NCBI RefSeq assembly: GCF_000315625.1 | Contig: NW_005434630.1 | Span: forward strand, 186,001-250,000 | Length of the DNA stretch: 64,000 bases | Origin: Guillardia theta CCMP2712 | Lineage: Eukaryota > Protista > Cryptophyta | Direction of reading: 5' to 3' | In this document: positions 50,192 to 62,149 of the stretch, in pieces | Layout of the letters: each line of letters opens with the position of its first letter | Position numbering within the stretch: position 1 is the stretch's first letter | Position numbers and translations under genes: made by a program | Notes under the pieces: generated by a model | Database searches by the model: none | Seen by the model: the letters and a program-made list of their open reading frames with translations, nothing else | What the model was told of the DNA's origin: nothing

Positions 50192-50416
50192 GCTATGGTC
50201 GAAAATTAGCTCCATGACAAACTTTGTGCTGTAAACTAAAAACAAACTCATCTCAGCTTCGAAAAACAATCTCAGCCATTTATTCTTTGTCTAGCATGAA
50301 CGGCAAATGGATTTCACGGCATTCCGTTGGGTAAAAAAGATAAACAAACAAAGATAGATACAATTTACAACTAGCTGTTTTCGACTTTGGTCGTTACCGC
50401 CGATAGGATAGGATGA

Positions 50417-51063
50417 TTAACCAAAGTTCCGATCATCTCCAGCAGCACTGTAGTGAGGATCAGCCCAGGACGGGATCTTGTAGTTGGCAAGCTGAGAAGC
50501 GCAGTCAGTGAGAGGAAGGGAAGACTTCAAACAGGAACACACCTGGCTCGGTGACATCCCATCCGGTTTCACCCACATCTACAAGATAAATTACCCTTTC
50601 AAGCTCGCCCAAGCAGACATTTGCTGACCTGACGCTGGAATGGACCAAGACTGTGTTGGTTCATGAGCTGTGAGTAACCCGCCGCCTTGCATCTGGGGAA
50701 ACGATGAGATTCGTTTGTTGACAAGAGTGGTCAGCACGCAAAAGAAACATCACAATGTCTATGGTTTCTGTCGATGCTATAAGCACAGAGTTCATGATTA
50801 TTGTCATAGATTCAATGTGAATGTTGCTTTTGATTCTTGTGATGATGATTTTGATGATGAGATGACGATGACAACTCAGATCACCTCATCCTGATAATGA
50901 TCTACATGTACCATTCACGATCATCTAAGGGGACAGAGGGAAGAACGGAAGGGTCGATGTATACTCACGTCCCAGGATGCCATGATGCTGTGTTCATCCC
51001 CATATGGTTCGCCTGCTTGCATCGCGTATGATCCATCGACAGCTTGTGGTACCCGGCGAACAT
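50417..51063 (-). CDS. Small four-exon hypothetical protein (about 89 aa)
   Basis: Three GT-AG introns join into one open frame: MFAGYHKLSMDHTRCKQANHMGMNTASWHPGTCKAAGYSQLMNQHSLGPFQRQMWVKPDGMSPSQLANYKIPSWADPHYSAAGDDRNFG*. Confidence 0.7.
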
Positions 51064-51628
51064 AGCGGCGCCTCTTGCTTTGTCTATTTCGGGAAATTGG
51101 AAGGGTTTCGAGTGAACAGACTCGCCGCCGACAGCCCGGGCCGCCCTGAGTGCCACCGGGCCGGGGCGGCCCGGGCCCGCTCGACCGTCGGACTCAACGG
51201 TTACCGTAGTAGCCTGCCGCCGCGCCGGGCAGTCACTGCCTTTACTCAAAGTTAAGTTAAAGATCAGTACGAGGACAATCGCCTGCCCGGTGCCAACTCA
51301 GTGCCGCAGCGCTGTCCCCCACTGAACCTTCACTTAACAGCGCCGGATATCCGCCGGACTCATCGCTGTGGCCGCCGCCGACTCGGCGACTCGCCGAAGG
51401 AATGAGACGCATACCGAAATGCACCCGCAATGATGGCCAAGCGAGTCCTTGCCGCAAGTTCCGGCGCCAGCCACCACAGAAAGCGCAACGCATCCCAGAC
51501 GGTCCGATCCCGGATCGGACCGTCTGAATATGTTGAAGTTCCCAGTAACCTTCTCTCCACAGACGGTGACACAGTCACAGTAGCAGTGACACCCGAAGTA
51601 GACAGTGATAGCACCGACTGCAAGTTTC

Positions 51629-53620
51629 TGTAGCAGTGGTAATAGATATCACGAATGGTGGCCGCGCAGGAATGATATCAGGATACAGAGAACAAACGGA
51701 GGAGATAAGAGATTGGTATAGATGGTCAAGCTTGTTTACTTCAAGCAACCCAGTCTCACAGAGACTATACACCTCGTTCTCCTTTCCCTGTCCTGCCAAT
51801 GCGTGCGGCCCTTCTTCCTCTTCCTCGGTCCCTAAAATAGGGTCCGCTTGGTCCTAGGAACTACGACTACCGGTACTCTACGCTTCTTATCTGCGATATG
51901 ATTCTTCGACCGGTCCGAGGCCTGGTTCCGTACCTTGAGGGTCCCCTGAGAAAGAGTCATAGGCTTGACATGACGAGGTCTTCGATTCTCATCCAACGCT
52001 CTCTGTGAAGTTGATGTAGCTGCTCCCTTGACCTTGACAGGTCCTGTGTCTCCGTAGGAGCATGCTTGGAGGTGGTCTCGTGCATTCCTTGTATGTCCTC
52101 CGCTAAGATGATCATGATAGTACTGTCTTCTTTGATCAGACCCCTTGTTCTCCCATGTCCATGACTTCAGGGGTGATGCTTCCAATCTCCCCTTGAGCGT
52201 AGCCATATCCTACCACCGTGTCATCTGCTGTCCTGTCGTGGACTGATATAAGCTGACTCGCTTATCTCCTGCTGCCATCCACGAGTCCTAGGTTCTTGCT
52301 GTCTTCTTCATGGATGCATTCCGAGGCTCTAAGCATCTGTGCACTTGAGCCACGTCGATTACTTGGCATTGTCTGAGGTGAAGCTTCCTCCTATCAGGTG
52401 TTTCAACACCCTCCCTTGGCTCTTGTGTGCCGATGCCAGCATTGTTGCTTTGCCGCGCCTCCATTGACGGTGTCAGGCTTGTCAAATTTGACTATGCCTT
52501 TCAAATGGCCTGCTGCGGTTGACTCTTCGCGCGTCGTCGCCGCCGTATTCCCTCCCTTGCCTAGAGTAGGCGGGAGCTGTTGCTTGACAGCAAGGTGGAC
52601 TCATGCTTGGTCTCTGGTCGTCTGCCTTGAAGCTGTATGGTCTTGCTCATCAGACTTGATATTCCTCTTTCCATAAGCGATCAGCCTCTTGACTTGACTT
52701 TCGCAGTAGGGCTGTGCATGGTACTGAAAGGTTCTCCTCAGCGCCCATCAGCACTGATGTGCCTGGCGACTTAGGGCCTCCTTCATTTCTGCAGCATCAT
52801 TTCATAACTTCGATCAAGGTATGTCTTCATCCGATCGTCTGCTTCTTCGTCTTGCGAAGGCTTGGCGCTTCAAGCTGCCTTTCATTTCTTCAACTCTGCT
52901 GTAGAGTTGCTTCGTGACAGTGTCATCACGTCGCCATCACAATATAGTGGCTTGTAACGAGGCTTTGGGACGTCTCCCTTCCTCGGTCTTCACAACCTTC
53001 AAGCTTTCATCTGCCGTGCTCTAGGCTTGCCGCTTCAATCATCGCGGTGCTTGACCAGTGGAATCATGAGGTAATTCCTCTCCTCACTGGTTGGCCACGT
53101 ACAGGCTTTGAGGTTGGATTGAAAACAGCTCTTGTCACTTTTGACATTCAGAGCGACTTTGATCAGGACTGATCCCTCCATCATCGAGATTTTCTCGCTG
53201 TCATGTCACCCCTCAGCTTCTTTGCCACACTCATCATCATGGTGGGAGAGCTATCTGGTGGCCTCGTCGTCATCTTGTGCGACTCCTGGCTCTGCTCGGG
53301 GGATCCCTGTGACTCGTCCATGTCACATGACATAGGGATGATGCGAGGCTCGATGCTGATGTCATCATCAGATGTTCTCAGAGGTTCAGCCTGTCATGAA
53401 GTTCAGTATTCAGGTATGATAGTGAAAAGATATGATATTCCCTGATTTTGATTGTTCATTTAGTGAACCCTCCCTGACTGTCTCTGGTGTCGAACAGATG
53501 ACCTCAGGCTGAAGTGGGTCCCCTGTGACTTCGCATCGTCCATCTCCCTCCCTGACGAGGTACAGGGAGCTTGGCTAGGCTTGAGAGGCTTGAGAGGCCA
53601 TTTTGATATCGGAACCCATG
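51629..53620 (-). mobile_element. Truncated LTR retrotransposon remnant: putative 3' LTR 51629-51771, polypurine tract and decayed internal sequence
   Basis: Minus strand GGACAGGGAAAGGAGAACGAGG (51772-51793) directly abuts TGTATAG...CTACA (TG...CA, TGTA/TACA termini). Upstream sequence has no long ORF and many TGA stops. No second LTR or RT motif found; far boundary approximate. Confidence 0.5.
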
Positions 53621-54560
53621 TTTGACTCCAGGCTCAGCTGTTACTACCGTTGTCACTCCACAGATACTCTCCAGCTGATGTCACTCCGAATGTGAGAGTA
53701 AGAGTCCACTGGTTGCCGTGATACAAGGTTTCTCGAGAAATAGAATATCTAGGCACTGATATTCTAAAATTTTTAGAATATGTGCAAGAGTCCGACCGTC
53801 TGATCAGGGGGACCGTACCGATTGAGTCTTCCGCTGTGCTGCTGCTCAGCTTGCAGTTCAAGTTGCTCCGAGCGAGGTCCGGTATTCCGTCATTGTCAAA
53901 AACAGTGTGACATGCTGAAGTCCAGGATCCAACCCGTAACCCATGCCATCCGCCTCCAGTCACTGAGCCTGCAGTTGCGGAAGTTCAATGGCAAAGTCCG
54001 GGTCCGCTACACTGATGATGATCTTCAGGGCCATGTCACTGTGGCACGCCGCGCCGGCGGGGGGCAGCCTCCGGGCCCCGGCGGGCTCGACCGCAGGCTG
54101 AGCCGAGACTTTTTTTTTCCAACCGCAGTGAACGGCAGTGGAGGGTGATCAGTGTTGGGGTACTTCAAGGCTTGAAGGAGGGGGTAGGAGCATGAAATTT
54201 GAAAAGAGCTCATTTCAAACCCCTTGGCACCACTGCTCTTGAAAAAAAATGGTCCAATTGACCCCTGGTTAACTTAAGAGCCTTCTAAGACGGGGGGGGG
54301 GTAGGGCTCACTGACTACGGTCACTCACCGGGGACGAGGCGTAGGGGGACTACGACCCTCCGGGTTGTTAGTACTGTTGGCCACCCCTGCACATCGCCGA
54401 TAATTTCAGTGAAAACTTTGCTCAACTTGAATGCTGCCCAATGATTTCAAATTAACCAGAAATATTTGGCCCTGAGTATCCTTGCATTCGAAAGTTCAGC
54501 CTCTCCATGCCAAGGTGAGCCGCCGGGTTGAGCAGGCGTAGAATTGACACGGAAGGGAAA

Positions 54561-54700
54561 GTGCCAGTGCCAGTGCCAGTACCCGTACCACTGACTACCG
54601 CACTACCAGTACCCGTACCCGTACCGACTACCAGTGCCAGTGCCAGTGCCAGTGCCAGTACCCGTACCCGTACCCGTACCAGTACCAGTACCAGTACCCG
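54561..54700. repeat. Mixed hexamer repeat (CCAGTG/CCAGTA/CCCGTA) just upstream of the PhoX start, probably in a 5' intron
   Basis: Direct reading; GT donor CAAG|GTGAG at about 54514. Confidence 0.85.
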
Positions 54701-54774
54701 TGTGGAAGGAGGGAAGGGTCGTACCTTGTCAACTATAAAACCAGCGAGGGAGGGCGTCACGGAGGAGGGTAGCA

Positions 54775-57481
54775 ATGCTGCGGCTGCTGCTTGTCGCATC
54801 GCTGTGCTGCTCCTGTGCAGCAAGCACTTACACTGCCACATGGACGGAGCTGTCAGCTTCCACAGGTGACCAGAAGCACCATGCGAGAGCGACCAACGCT
54901 GTCACCATCACACACCCCACTGACGGGCAATGGAAGCCCGCAATCGATTATCACGTCCTCGCTCGATCGGGAGATACCTTCGGTACCAACATTTTCGGAG
55001 CAAACATCGACAAGGATCAAAAAATCATCGCGAAAGATGCTACCAGTGGACTGGCACTCGTGAGCGCTTACCCAGATTTCACTTCGATCATCAAAGTCGG
55101 AGATGTTATTCATAGCATCACGCAATTTGAGGCAACTCCTAACACATTAGGCGTGGATGACACGTCTAGCCTCGGAGTTGCGTATCACTCTATCTTGAAT
55201 CAAGCTGCTGATGGAACGCTTTCTATCAAGTCCACCAAGGCAATCGACATGTCCTCTCATCAAGGTGTCTGGAACCCATGCGCTGGTAGCGGTGAGTTGA
55301 CGGTATCGATGCTGTCCAAGTGTTAGTTGACGGTTCAAATCTTCAGTCTCGCCCTGGTCCACTCACTTGGGCTCAGAAGAGTATGAGCCAGACGGCAGAC
55401 TTTGGACAACTTCCACAGGAGCAGGGGCATCCACAGACTACAATTTTCAATCTATGAAAGCGTACCTATTGTATTATGCAGTTGATCCGACACCAGTTAC
55501 AACATGGGAGAGTTTGAGGTATGAATATTCGATATCTTCAAGCGATTCTGATCGTGTATAATTATGATCACCTCAGGGCCTCCTCGTTCTATCCCTACAA
55601 CTACGGCTTTCCTTGGGAGGTCACTGTCTACAATGACAAGGACCCGGTATCAGTCAAGCATTATTCCATGGGAAGAAGAGGCCACGAGCTTTCTTATGTC
55701 ATGCCTGATAAGGTTGAAATTATCCATCAAACAATGTGCATCTGTAAGGCTGTGATTTTAGAAAACCGTCTACATCACCGATGATGGGTCGTATAAAGTC
55801 TTCACCAAGTATGTCGCAACCACCGCAGGCGATCTTTCCAAGGGCAGACTGTTTTGTGCAAAATTCACGCAAGTAATATTTGGTTGAATTCGATTGCAAC
55901 TTGATTGATGACATGTCCTTTCAGACTAAGAGCACAGGAAATGGTGAATTCACAATCGCATGGAAGGAACTGGTAAAGCATTTGCACAAATATGCGCTGT
56001 CTGTTAACCACCTGGTTCAGGCGGGGGAGGTGACAGACGCTGAAATCAAGCAAGCAATTGATGCGAAGACAAACTTCACGGTTTTTAGTGCAGAAGTTTA
56101 TCTCAACATCGCTCTGATTTGGGTTTCAAGGACATGTTCGACACTGTAGTTTACAACACCACTACCTCAAAGTGTGTCGAAGACGGTTACTCGGAATACC
56201 GAACATCCAGCACTGCTGTAGAGTGCGTCAAAGTCAAGGTGCTTCCCAAATATTTGTGTTGTCTTGTGTTTACATTTCTTGAATGTGTCTGCAGGCTGGC
56301 AAAGAGAAAATTGCATCCCGTCTTGAAACAAGGTTAATCAATTCATTTCTTCTTGAACCGTGAATCTGTGAATATCTAGGCGATTTGCAGCAACATTGGA
56401 TTGCACTATTGAGTTTGAAAAATGGGAGGGAATCACATACAGTCCCTCGCTTGTAAGCAATCGAAAATAGAGGATCTGTAGTGCTGACTTGCTTGTTTCC
56501 AGAACAAAATGTACACAGCAATCAGCAAAGTGGACGGTGGAATGACAGATGCTCTTGGCGACATTCGATTGCGTGAGTATCGCTGAACAGTTTTTTGACT
56601 GGCCGTATGTGATCAATTGCATCAGCCCAGCAGAAGTGCGGTGCAGTGTACGAGCTCGACGTTGACAGCAGCACTTACAGTGTGACTGCAATGAGGGTAC
56701 TCGTACGATTTGACAAGTCTACCACTCCTCATCTGTTTCCAGGGGTTCATCGACGGAGGAAGTTATGCATCTGGGGTCTGCAGTGCCGATGGTATGTTAT
56801 GTCGTTTGATTGGCACCCACAGCATGTTCCTCCCCGCCCATCCCCTCCCCTCGTGATCCTCCTACACCCTTCAACCTCCAACCCCAACTCACCTCTTCGT
56901 CTCTCCTTCGGTTGCAGGCCTTGCGAGCCCCGACAACGTCGCTATGATCGAGGATTACGGTCAGCTGCTCATCGGAGAAGACACAAGTCAGCTGAAATGC
57001 TCATTGTATGTTCTTCCATGTACGCTCATTGTACTTTCAGGCTATCATCAGAATGACTACGTGTGGGTCTACGACTTCAACACCAAGAAGAAGACTCGTA
57101 TCGCTCAAGTTCCCTACGGTGAGTTTGCGCTCCTCATGATGTTCTTTCCGAAAAGGAGCTGATGGGCGAACAGGAGCTGAGAGCACTTCCCCCTACTGGT
57201 ACCCCAACATCGGGAAGTTCTCCTACATCACTTTTGTCGTTCAACATCCTTACGGAGAGAGCGATACCACCATGGTGGAGGACACCGCGTCGACAGGCAA
57301 GGCAGGGTACGTGGGTTACATTGGCCCGCTTCCTCCCGTGGGAAGTGTAGCGCGCGAGGCTGCCACTGCTGCCGCTGTTGTTGCTGCTACCAAGTCTGCA
57401 TCCTCTGCGTTGGCCCCCTGCTCTGCCTTGGCTGTTGTGACTGTCGCCATGGCCGTCATGATGCGCTCCTGGTTTCATTGA
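54775..57481 (+). CDS. phoX: PhoX-family alkaline phosphatase, secreted, hydrophobic C-terminus; many introns
   Basis: Signal MLRLLLVASLCCSCA; PDFTSI, WNPCAGS|VSPWSTHLGSEEYEPD, YPYNYGFPWEV, KHYSMGR..HEL..VMPDK|KTVYITDDG, FEKWEG, SPDNV...LLIGEDT, GAESTSPYWY...VVQHPYGESD. Confidence 0.88.
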
Positions 57482-58095
57482 GTTGGAGTGACGTAGTGTA
57501 AGATTGAGTGAAGATGATGAAAAATATCAAGTAGGACCATCGCCCACCCTCCAGTCATCTCCAAGTTCGACTGACGTCGTTGAGTCAGTCGGGGTCTAGC
57601 ACCCCAGCCGCGGGTGCAGCAGTCGTGACGGTCATGTTGCCAAGGCTCCTGGCAGTAGCAAAGTAATTCCATGGGGCAAGGGAAGAGGTCACCACACCAA
57701 CCGCACGAGCGACGGCATACGAAAAGCATGGAAGCATCAGGTCCAGGAAGTTCGGCGGCAGAAGCATCAGCTGCGGCTGCAGCTGTACAGTACTGTTTGA
57801 TGGAGGCAACAGACCTTCATACTTTTTTTGTACCATCTAGGACAGGGGAGGGATAGAGGGGTTTCAGAGCTAATCCAATATTTGTATTGACTAAAAATAA
57901 GGAGAAAGTTGAAATTTTTTTTTCAACCTTGTCATATTCTTGTAGCGGGGCGGACCTGGGGCGGACCTGGGGCGGACTCGGATTGGGGATGAGGGTTCGG
58001 AAGCTCCACGGGAGGGAAGGAACCGGAGCGGGGAGAGAAAATGAAGGAGAGAGAGGAGGAGGAGGCGATCTAGACGAAGACACCCTTGTTCAGAG

Positions 58096-58850
58096 ATGAT
58101 CAGCAACAGCAGCAAGCTCTCCCGTGCTCTTCTGCAGATTCTACTTCTCCATGCCGCAAGCAGCCATGCACACGTACCAACATGCCTTCACTTGAGGGGG
58201 GGATCGCAAAAGCCGACGATCGATCCTGAGTACTCGGAGATCTTGCAGAAGGGATCCTTGCACGCGAGCCAGTCCATGGGGAGCATCGAGACTGAAGACG
58301 TTGGAGAGAAGCTGCCATGGCCAGAAGGGTCAGAGAGCAAGAAGGAGAGCTTTCAGAAGTACCAAGCGCAGTACAAGGAAGCCAAGGACGAGTACAGACA
58401 GATGAAGGGCAAACTACAGATAGCAGAGCATCAGCAACAAGTGCAGAAGATAACTTTGAAGGGTTTGAAATCTTTGGAACCAGAGGCTGATGTGTATCTA
58501 CCTGTGGGGCGAATGTACGTCAGCACGAACCAGCAAGCGGTATGCATTGATGCATTGTCTGCTCGCATGACTTGACCGACTCTTGTCCACTAGCTGAGAA
58601 CCAATCTTGAAGAATCTACAGAAAGGGTGCTCGAGGAGATTGTATGCGAAACTCAGGTCGCTCCTCCTATTCTCTGACTAGTTCATGAAGAACGGCGGCA
58701 GGCCAAGGTAGAGGAATTACAGGGGAAGGTGAAGTCGTTGGAGCTGAAGATGCAGGAGGTTCTGAACCATGTCTTCCGTGGGAGGTCAGAAGGCAATCTT
58801 CTCGTCATGTCCTGACTTCATCCAGGTTCCAACTCTTCATGGAAACCTAG
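58096..58850 (+). CDS. Prefoldin beta-type subunit (PFDN1-like) with signal peptide and LHLRGG leader
   Basis: KITLKGLKSLEPEADVYLPVGRMY hairpin flanked by coiled coils; leader LSRALLQILLLHAASSHAHVPTCLHLRGG. Confidence 0.72.
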
Positions 58851-59210
58851 AAACTCTGGCTTTGCAACCATCTCTCCCTGATTATTCCTGAATTTTCTTG
58901 TTGACGTTTGATCGAGATCTGTCGACGGGTTCAGTGTATTGTCAGCTCTTCACTGTATTAAAAACGTGCAGGAATACAGAAAGTCTGACATAAAACACAA
59001 TCTGAGAGAATTCCAAAGCTTTAGGCTGTTTAGCTGAACAGCACCGATGCAGAACCTCCTTTTTCTTCTCTTGCAGCAGATTACACAAAAAAAATGACCC
59101 AAAGCAACTAGAGTGACACATCCATATTGTACAGCTCGCGGCATCCAATAAGTAAGGCATATGGCGAGCACGATAAACTACAACACAAGCATTCTTCTCG
59201 CAGTTGATGA

Positions 59211-61684
59211 TCAAAACAAGCAGCCCTCAGGCAAGTCGAGGCATTTGATCTTTCCGCAGCACACGGCTCCGCATTCGCAGGAGTTCTGGCAGAGCATGGT
59301 TGCCGACCCCTCTGTCACGATACCACACCTGGAAACCGTTCAGTCTCAAGCTGCACGTACATCCTCCACTTCACCTGCACTCCAAACGGTATCGCTTGGG
59401 GTTGTCGATGTTATCCAGCACCTCTTTAGCGTGCCGAGGGCTTGCTGGAAGAAGGATGGGGCAGGCAACCCACGACGATCCATGTCTGTTTGACACACAG
59501 CACGTGATCCTGCCTCCGATCTCTCCTGGAGCAAGATCGAGGTCAGCCACGCAGACAACCGCTTGAAGCTACATACCTGCATTCACTAGGACCAACTTGT
59601 CTCCGCACGCTCCTGGAATGGCTTCACTGCCTTCATACCACTGAAAGTTGAGATCTCTGTTTGTGACAGATGTCATTCTTGCGAGTATCAACACACATCG
59701 TCAGCAACCTTCCGTACGACAAAATCCGCAGTTCAACTGTGCTCTCTTCACCACAGAGCATCGGCTTCTCCTCCACCTCCATTGAAGTTGGGACCATTCT
59801 CGCAGTCTTCCAACCATCCTCATCCTGGAGCGCAGGGGCTTTCAGCAAATCTTTGCGCACTGTGCATACCAAACAAACCTCAATGTAAGAACTCAACAAA
59901 TCGTCAGAGTATCCAGAGTTTGAGATGGGTTCCTCTGATGCCGAAGAGAAGTGAAGTGGAGAAGAATTTGGAGGTCCGGCGGGGCTGCGACGTCATGTGA
60001 GTTAGAGTCCCCAGGAAAATGTTGGGAAGTTTCGACCACCTGGAACGATACTGGAGGGAGCACGAGCCATCCTCTGACAGAGCACCGCAGGGAGGAAGCG
60101 AGATCTCTCTGTCTTTCATTGGTGCAACCTGCGCATGTATCAGTCGCTGATCGGAACGAGCGCAGTCCCTGCACCTGAGGAGTGCAGCAATTGGCCGGAG
60201 TGCGAGGTGTGAGAAGCTGCAAACCCTGAAGCAGCAGGTGAGCACCAACGCTGATTCCAACGGCTGAGTTCACCTTGTAATTTCGGATCCTGTCACTTCC
60301 TTTTGGGATCCACTCGTCCTCCTCCGTCGTCCCTCCGACGTAATGTACAAGAACGTGGTCCTGGCTCGTCTCGACCACATGCGCATCCCACCTGCATTCT
60401 ACAGTCAACGGTGTACTGATGGCATGCAGGCTCTTCCTACCAGTCACCGTCGGCAAAAACTTCAATAGTTTCTCCCGTCTATGGGAAACAAGTCACACAT
60501 TACACGTGCTAGAAGAGCTGGAAACACCTCGTTGGGGTCTTTGAGATCATTCATCTTCTCCATCGCGCGGAACCTTTTGGGATTCTGCCTCTGTGCAAAT
60601 TCCTGCTCACAGCGAATGAGATCGGACATGCCAAGATCCTTGCCCTCTGCTTACCTTGTCTAATCTGCGTTTGCTGGAAGGATGATTGCCAGAATTGACG
60701 TGAACCGTTGCAAACGATGTAGTTGCTCCATGGACGCCGTGGAGGTATCCCTCTCTTACAATGCTAGGATTGCACTTGATGACCTTGCGATTGAAATTCT
60801 CAGAAAGACATTCACACACAAGGCTGCAGTGCGCACCTGCTTGATGCTCAGACGATTGGCGTTGTCCATGGTTCCCTTCTGCCCATAGTTTGTGAAACAA
60901 GGAACACAAAGACGCCATCTTTGAAATGTGTAAGCCACACAGCTTTCGATCAAAAGACCAAATTACCCCTTGAGGCCTTTCCATGAGAATTTCCCAGCAT
61001 GAATCTTGTCAGTTATCTCTTTCCATCTGTACAAGAAACTGTCAACCTTGCCCCATACTCAGAGGAACTGTCGTACCCTCCGGCACGTTGATGAGTCGAA
61101 TCGAGATCCATGAATCGACCAGAGAAGCAGGAGCCACAATAGGAGCAAGTTCTGCACTCTAAGGAGAAGGGCGCGCCACCTAGCTTCGCTGACACGTTGA
61201 GCATCTTGTAGACACCAACTGAATCTTTGAGGAACGTCATTTGGAACTCTGATACCCCAGGAACATCCCTTAGCATCATCGGCAGTCCATCCGGACTCTT
61301 GGGGAGCGCTGGATTGAAGATAGCATTGTAAGCCACTTGCTCCAACATCCCTGAAGGGATGGAATCGATGGTCTTGTCAAAGGCAATCTTATATCGGGTG
61401 CATATTGAAATCAGGAGGTCTTGACCGTTGTCTTCAAGATATCGCAAAAATTTGTTCACCCAAACATTGGTGTTGACTTCTTCGGGTTCCACTTCTTCTG
61501 AAGTCTGTCTGTCTGCATTGTCCGGTGTGCTCAGCAAATACTTGTCATCATGTGCATTCTTGCGACTCTGAGAGGTTGGTGAGCAATCTTCCAAGGGCAG
61601 TCTTGGGCCTGATGGGGGCGCACGCTTCGTGCCATGGGGAGAATCCAGCAAACTCGAATCCGAGTGACTTTGCTTGATCATCAT
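59211..61684 (-). CDS. Hypothetical multi-exon protein with Tudor-knot/chromo-barrel domain and Cys-rich segments
   Basis: WDAHVVETSQDHVLVHYVGGTTEEDEWIPKGSDRIR; CRTCSYCGSC in exon 1; C-terminal CQNSCECGAVCCGKIKCLDLPEGCLF*. Confidence 0.6.
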
Positions 61685-62149
61685 GTATCGAAGATATCAA
61701 GGTTCAAAGTCGAAAAAGAACCACTTCAATGGTCCAACGAAATTCGGCTACAAAAATTGTACCCCACCACGTTGTGAACAGGAGGGAATCAGAGAAGGAT
61801 CTAGGTTGACAAAATGTCAGAAATGAAGAATCTTGATAAAGAAAGACTCTTTTTCTAAACAAAATGCATCATCTGAACTCACCTAGACAAGCACAAAGGG
61901 AGAAATGTGATGTCTTTCTTGATTTGTGACTGGTTGGTAGATGAACTGCAGAAATTGAATAGTGGGTCGACGATACTTGAAATAATAAACTCCAGCAGAA
62001 GAATTCAAGCGAATTCAGGCTTTGTCAATCAAAGCACTTCAGCTCAGCTTCGTTTCCAATGGCCGGAAGAGTATCGAGATCATAGAACTTCGTATACGAG
62101 TGACGATGGTTCCGACACCAGCTTGTAATGCTGAAGCTGAGCCCCTAGA

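Noticed and set aside
57475-57729. PHD-like CYCQEPW ORF
   Set aside because: Remaining PHD ligands are absent and there is no supporting exon structure.
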